Assembly: GCA_963626095.1 (NCBI GenBank)
Contig: CAVFVK010000001.1
Span: forward strand, 1-63,041
Origin: a bacterium
GTDB lineage: Bacteria; Patescibacteriota; Saccharimonadia; Saccharimonadales; Saccharimonadaceae
Direction: 5' to 3'
Length of the DNA stretch: 63,041 nucleotides
The translations under genes and the position numbers were made by a program. The notes beneath the pieces are model-generated. The model searched no databases and was not told the origin of the DNA. It worked only from the letters and a program-made list of their open reading frames with translations. Numbering within the stretch: the first letter of the stretch is position 1; every line of letters starts with the position of its first letter. Positions 59,334 through 63,041 of this stretch are shown here, piece by piece.

Positions 59334-61790
59334 CTATTTTTTGCTCGCTGTCTTTTTCGTGGCAGTTTTAGCTGTTGTTTTAGTAGCGCCTCTCCCCCGC
59401 ACTCCTCGCCGCGCCGTTTTCGGCTTATTTTTCAACATTTCAAGCGCCATTTCCAGCGTAATCGTCTTCGGGTCGGTCTCTTTCGGAATCTTCACATTAT
59501 TGCGTCGCCCCGGCCCCTTCACATATGGCCCATATGCTCCGTTAATAATCTGCACCTCGCCAAAATCCGCAATCATCGAGTCAATCTTCTTTTGGTACAG
59601 AGGTAATGCCTCCTCGAGCGTCACCGTATAAGGGTCCAAATCTTTCATCGGCACATTATACTTCCCGCCCTTTAGATACGGTCCAAACGGCCCGTTCGCC
59701 GCAATCAGCTCCGTCCCGTCCGGCGCTTTTCCCAGCGACCGAGGTAGCGCCGGCAAGTCCAACTGCGCCAGCGCCTGTTCTAAACTTACCGTTTTTACCG
59801 ATTTTCGCTTTGGTAACGGCGCAAACCGCGGTTTTTCGCCCGATTCCTTCTCGTTATCACCTAACTGAATAAATCCGCCAGTTTTCCCGACCTTGGCATA
59901 AATCGGCTTGCCAGTTTTAGGGTCATGCCCAAGCAAGCGCGCGTTATTATATCGCTCCACCCCGTTAGCAATCAGCACGGTATCGTGAAACGGTCCATAA
60001 AAATCCCTAAGCATTTTGACCCGCTCCAATTTCGCGTCCGCGACCAAATCCAAGTCTTTCTCGATATTTGCCGTAAACTTATAATCCACGATGTTTTTGA
60101 AATTATCAGTCAAAAACCCAGCCACAAGTTCCCCAGTTGGAGTCGGGACGAGCTTGCCTTTGTTCGCGCCAAATTTTTCTTTCACCACCGCGCGTTCTAC
60201 CTCTGTTTTTTCGGCAATTTCGGACGCGCCTAAATTCGCATTCTTGGCGCCATTTTCGCTCGAACTTACGCCCCCCGCATTGCTCACCACGCTAGAACTA
60301 GCGCCTTCCGCCCCAATCTTAATCGTCGTTTTCGCAACTTTCGCATTCGCCATCTGGGTCGCTACTGTCCGCGCCCAAATCAACTGATACAACCGCCTTT
60401 CGTAATCATTCTTCCCCGCACTCGTTGTCTCTATATGGGTCGGACGAATCGCCTCGTGCGCCTCTTGCGCGTTTGCGTCTTTGGTCTTAAATGTACGCAC
60501 CTTGAGATAATTTTTGCCAAAATGTTGCTCAATATACCCCGCAATCGCCGCCACCGCTTGCGACGACAAATTCAAGGAGTCAGTTCTGTGATAGGTGATC
60601 AGCCCCGCTTGATACAGCCCTTGCGCCGCGCTCATTGTCGTCCGCGACGAAAAACCGAGCTTCGAGTTAGCCTCAATCTGAAGCGCCGCTGTTGTAAACG
60701 GCACCGGATTTGCTTTCGCGCCCTCTTTTTCCTCTACTTCTAGCACCACAAACCGGTCTCGCGCCAATTTTTCCAAAAGTTCTCGTGCCGATTTCTCATC
60801 CGCCGGTGCCTCGCCTTCAAGCGTTGCCAGAAAGTCCTTCGCGCCCTCTTTTTCCACATTTCCGGCCCTAAACTCGACTACTTCTCTTTCCTCCCCCTCA
60901 GATTCGCCCTTCTCGACATACCCCCGCGCCTGAATCGCGGTCATAATTGACGCATAAGTGGACGGCCGTCCAATCCCCAGCTCTTCCAATTTCTTCACTA
61001 GCGACCCCTCGGTGTATCTCGCAGGCGGTTTGGCAAAATTCTGCTTCGCCACTAGCCCCTCGAGTTTCACCAAGTCCCCTGTTACCACTTTTGGCAGGTC
61101 CAAATCCTTGCTTTTGCCATAGATTTTCAAAAATCCATCAAACACCACCACTTCCCCCTTAGCCACAAACACCGCCTCGGGATTTTTCACGGTTCCGACC
61201 TGCTCCCCCATCGCCAAAAATTTCCCGCTCACCTTAAAATCAGATTTCGACTCAAATTTTTCAATACTTTTTTCTCGCTCCACAATCAGCCGTAGCGCCG
61301 GACTCTGGACTCGCCCCGCCGACACCGCCCCTGGGACTTTCCGCCGCACAATATCCGACAAATCGTACCCCACCAACATATCTAGCGTCTGTCGCGCCTG
61401 TTGGCTCGCCACCATATCCATATCTACCGTCCGCGGATTTTTGATCGCGTTCTCGAGCGCCGGCTTGGTAATTTCGTGAAAAGTAATCCGCGCCGTATCT
61501 TTCGGTAAGTTCAGCACCTCGCATAAGTGCCACGAAATCGACTCCCCTTCGCGGTCCTCATCCGTCGCGAGCCAAATCCGCTCCGCGTCTTTCGCCGCCT
61601 TTTTCAGCTCCGAAATAATCTGTTTATGCCCTGGGTCAATCTCATAAGTCACATCAAAAGTAGTTTTATTAACTTTTGTATCTTTTCGAATATGCCCAAC
61701 CGACGCCAGCACCCGAAAATCCGCCCCCAGATACTTCTCGATCGTTTTCGCCTTCGCCGGGCTCTCCACAATTACCAAATTTTTCGCCAT
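59334..61790 (-). CDS. topA: DNA topoisomerase IA, internally permuted
   Basis: IVESPAK, DEDREGE, AGRVQS, GIGRPSTY, ITYHRTD (Tyr at 60591-60593), AHEAIRPT. Confidence 0.95.
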   Translation of the reverse strand: MAKNLVIVESPAKAKTIEKYLGADFRVLASVGHIRKDTKVNKTTFDVTYEIDPGHKQIISELKKAAKDAERIWLATDEDREGESISWHLCEVLNLPKDTARITFHEITKPALENAIKNPRTVDMDMVASQQARQTLDMLVGYDLSDIVRRKVPGAVSAGRVQSPALRLIVEREKSIEKFESKSDFKVSGKFLAMGEQVGTVKNPEAVFVAKGEVVVFDGFLKIYGKSKDLDLPKVVTGDLVKLEGLVAKQNFAKPPARYTEGSLVKKLEELGIGRPSTYASIMTAIQARGYVEKGESEGEEREVVEFRAGNVEKEGAKDFLATLEGEAPADEKSARELLEKLARDRFVVLEVEEKEGAKANPVPFTTAALQIEANSKLGFSSRTTMSAAQGLYQAGLITYHRTDSLNLSSQAVAAIAGYIEQHFGKNYLKVRTFKTKDANAQEAHEAIRPTHIETTSAGKNDYERRLYQLIWARTVATQMANAKVAKTTIKIGAEGASSSVVSNAGGVSSSENGAKNANLGASEIAEKTEVERAVVKEKFGANKGKLVPTPTGELVAGFLTDNFKNIVDYKFTANIEKDLDLVADAKLERVKMLRDFYGPFHDTVLIANGVERYNNARLLGHDPKTGKPIYAKVGKTGGFIQLGDNEKESGEKPRFAPLPKRKSVKTVSLEQALAQLDLPALPRSLGKAPDGTELIAANGPFGPYLKGGKYNVPMKDLDPYTVTLEEALPLYQKKIDSMIADFGEVQIINGAYGPYVKGPGRRNNVKIPKETDPKTITLEMALEMLKNKPKTARRGVRGRGATKTTAKTATKKTASKK
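60188..60229 (-). repeat. 42-bp coding repeat, copy 3
   Basis: GCGCGTCCGAAATTGCCGAAAAAACAGAGGTAGAACGCGCGG. Confidence 0.85.
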
Positions 61791-61849
61791 ATATATAATC
61801 ATACCACACCCGTCAAGCATAACCGTGAAAACCGTATAATTTCCCCACA

Positions 61850-62159
61850 AAAATAGCCTCAGGTAAGGGTGGGCATCACCTGAGGCTGTTTTGGCCCTCC
61901 AACGCTTCTCACTATACCGGGAGAGACCCCGGAAGCGCGACCCACCTCACACAAATTGGGGCCCGCCGGTTAGAGGGATTGCTAAGCCTTCGAAAGATTC
62001 CTTTCAAAGTGGAGGTAATACTTATAAGACTTAAAACCGTAAAGAAATTTTAAGCCCGAAAGGGTTTCAAAAGCTCGCAATTTCTGCTATACTAGAAGTA
62101 GTATAGCTGAAATTATAACTTATTTAGGTGCGGTGTGGCACACTTTTTGTGTACCAACT
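61850..62159 (-). ncRNA. Candidate ~310-nt structured RNA
   Basis: TTGACA-17-TATAAT (62194-62166, minus); six or more hairpins; terminator AGCCTCAGGT/ACCTGAGGCT-ATTTTT. Confidence 0.6.
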
Positions 62160-62187
62160 GTCTTAATTATAGCACGGGAGAAATAAA

Positions 62188-63041
62188 ATGTCAACACTTT
62201 TTTCACACTTTTTTACAAAAATCAACCAAATTCGACCTCTGGAAGCCGATTTTACAGAGGTGTTAGATAGTATTGCGCTTAAGCCTAAAACATTGTATTT
62301 TCGTGGTAAAATGCCAGAAAATGTGGTTAAAGCTGGTAAATCTGTCCGTCCTCTAGCGGTAGCAATTGTTGGTTCTCGCCACAACACCCGTTACGGCGAG
62401 GAAATTGCCCGCGATTTGGCTTTTCGCCTTGCTAAAAAACAGGTCATTATCGTGTCGGGTCTGGCTTACGGGATTGATAGCATTGGTCACCGAGGTTGCC
62501 TAGAAGCTGGTGGAACGACGGTTGCGGTGCTTGGTAACCCAATCGACAAAATCCAGCCTAGCTACCACACCTCTCTCGCCGCCGAAATTGTTAAGCAGGG
62601 TGGCGCGATCATCTCGGAATACCCGCCGGCCGACTCTAGGGAGCCTCTAGCTCCAGGAGAGTTTTTGGACGAACGCGGACGCAGGAAAATCTGTTTTAAA
62701 AGCTCATTTCTCTATCGTAACCGGTTAATCTCGGCGCTCTCGGATATTGTCGTCGTGGTCGAGGCGGGCGAGCGGTCCGGGTCGCTCAATACCGCCACGC
62801 ACGCCCTTGCCCAGGGCAAAACCGTGTTTGCCGTCCCTGGCAACATCACTAACCCCTATTCTCAAGGGTGCAACAAACTCCTCCAACAAGGCGCCTTGGT
62901 TTACACCGGTCCGGACGATGTCCTGCGCGAGCTTTTCCCCGAGGATTTCCTCAAAAAATCCGCCGCAAAGACAAGAGCACTCACCGGCGACACCGAACTC
63001 GAAACCGCCATCCTTACCGCCATTCACCAGGGCGTGCGCTC
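62188..63041 (+). CDS. dprA: DNA-processing protein DprA (runs off the window end)
   Basis: Manual translation: AIVGSR, IVSGLAYGID, FLYRNRLIS, VEAGERSGSLNTA, AVPG. Confidence 0.93.
   Translation, partial: MSTLFSHFFTKINQIRPLEADFTEVLDSIALKPKTLYFRGKMPENVVKAGKSVRPLAVAIVGSRHNTRYGEEIARDLAFRLAKKQVIIVSGLAYGIDSIGHRGCLEAGGTTVAVLGNPIDKIQPSYHTSLAAEIVKQGGAIISEYPPADSREPLAPGEFLDERGRRKICFKSSFLYRNRLISALSDIVVVVEAGERSGSLNTATHALAQGKTVFAVPGNITNPYSQGCNKLLQQGALVYTGPDDVLRELFPEDFLKKSAAKTRALTGDTELETAILTAIHQGVR

Overview
Core-genome segment of a Saccharibacteria (TM7, CPR/Patescibacteria) bacterium, genetic code 11; the assignment rests on 16S signatures and CPR-type gene content. It encodes thrS, miaA, infC-rpmI-rplT-rpmB, comM, gyrBA, rpsA, infB, def-fmt, priA, recJ, a reduced dcw cluster (rsmH-ftsL-ftsI-mraY-ftsW-murG-ftsQ-like), topA, a partial dprA and two coupling-protein-like ATPases. 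RNA genes are a stand-alone 16S rRNA, RNase P RNA, tmRNA and five tRNAs. Most striking observations: (1) topA is one intact ORF whose conserved blocks are internally swapped (A-C-B-D instead of A-B-C-D). (2) A 42-bp repeat sits in frame in three unrelated genes, one copy at a topA swap junction, and a ~100-bp palindrome sits in frame in priA. (3) Several unannotated, promoter-delimited structured RNAs occur, two of which have complementary 10-nt loops and two of which begin with similar short basic ORFs. (4) Leaderless genes are pervasive (extended -10 box 6-8 nt before ATG). All calls were made by eye; no searches or folding programs were run.
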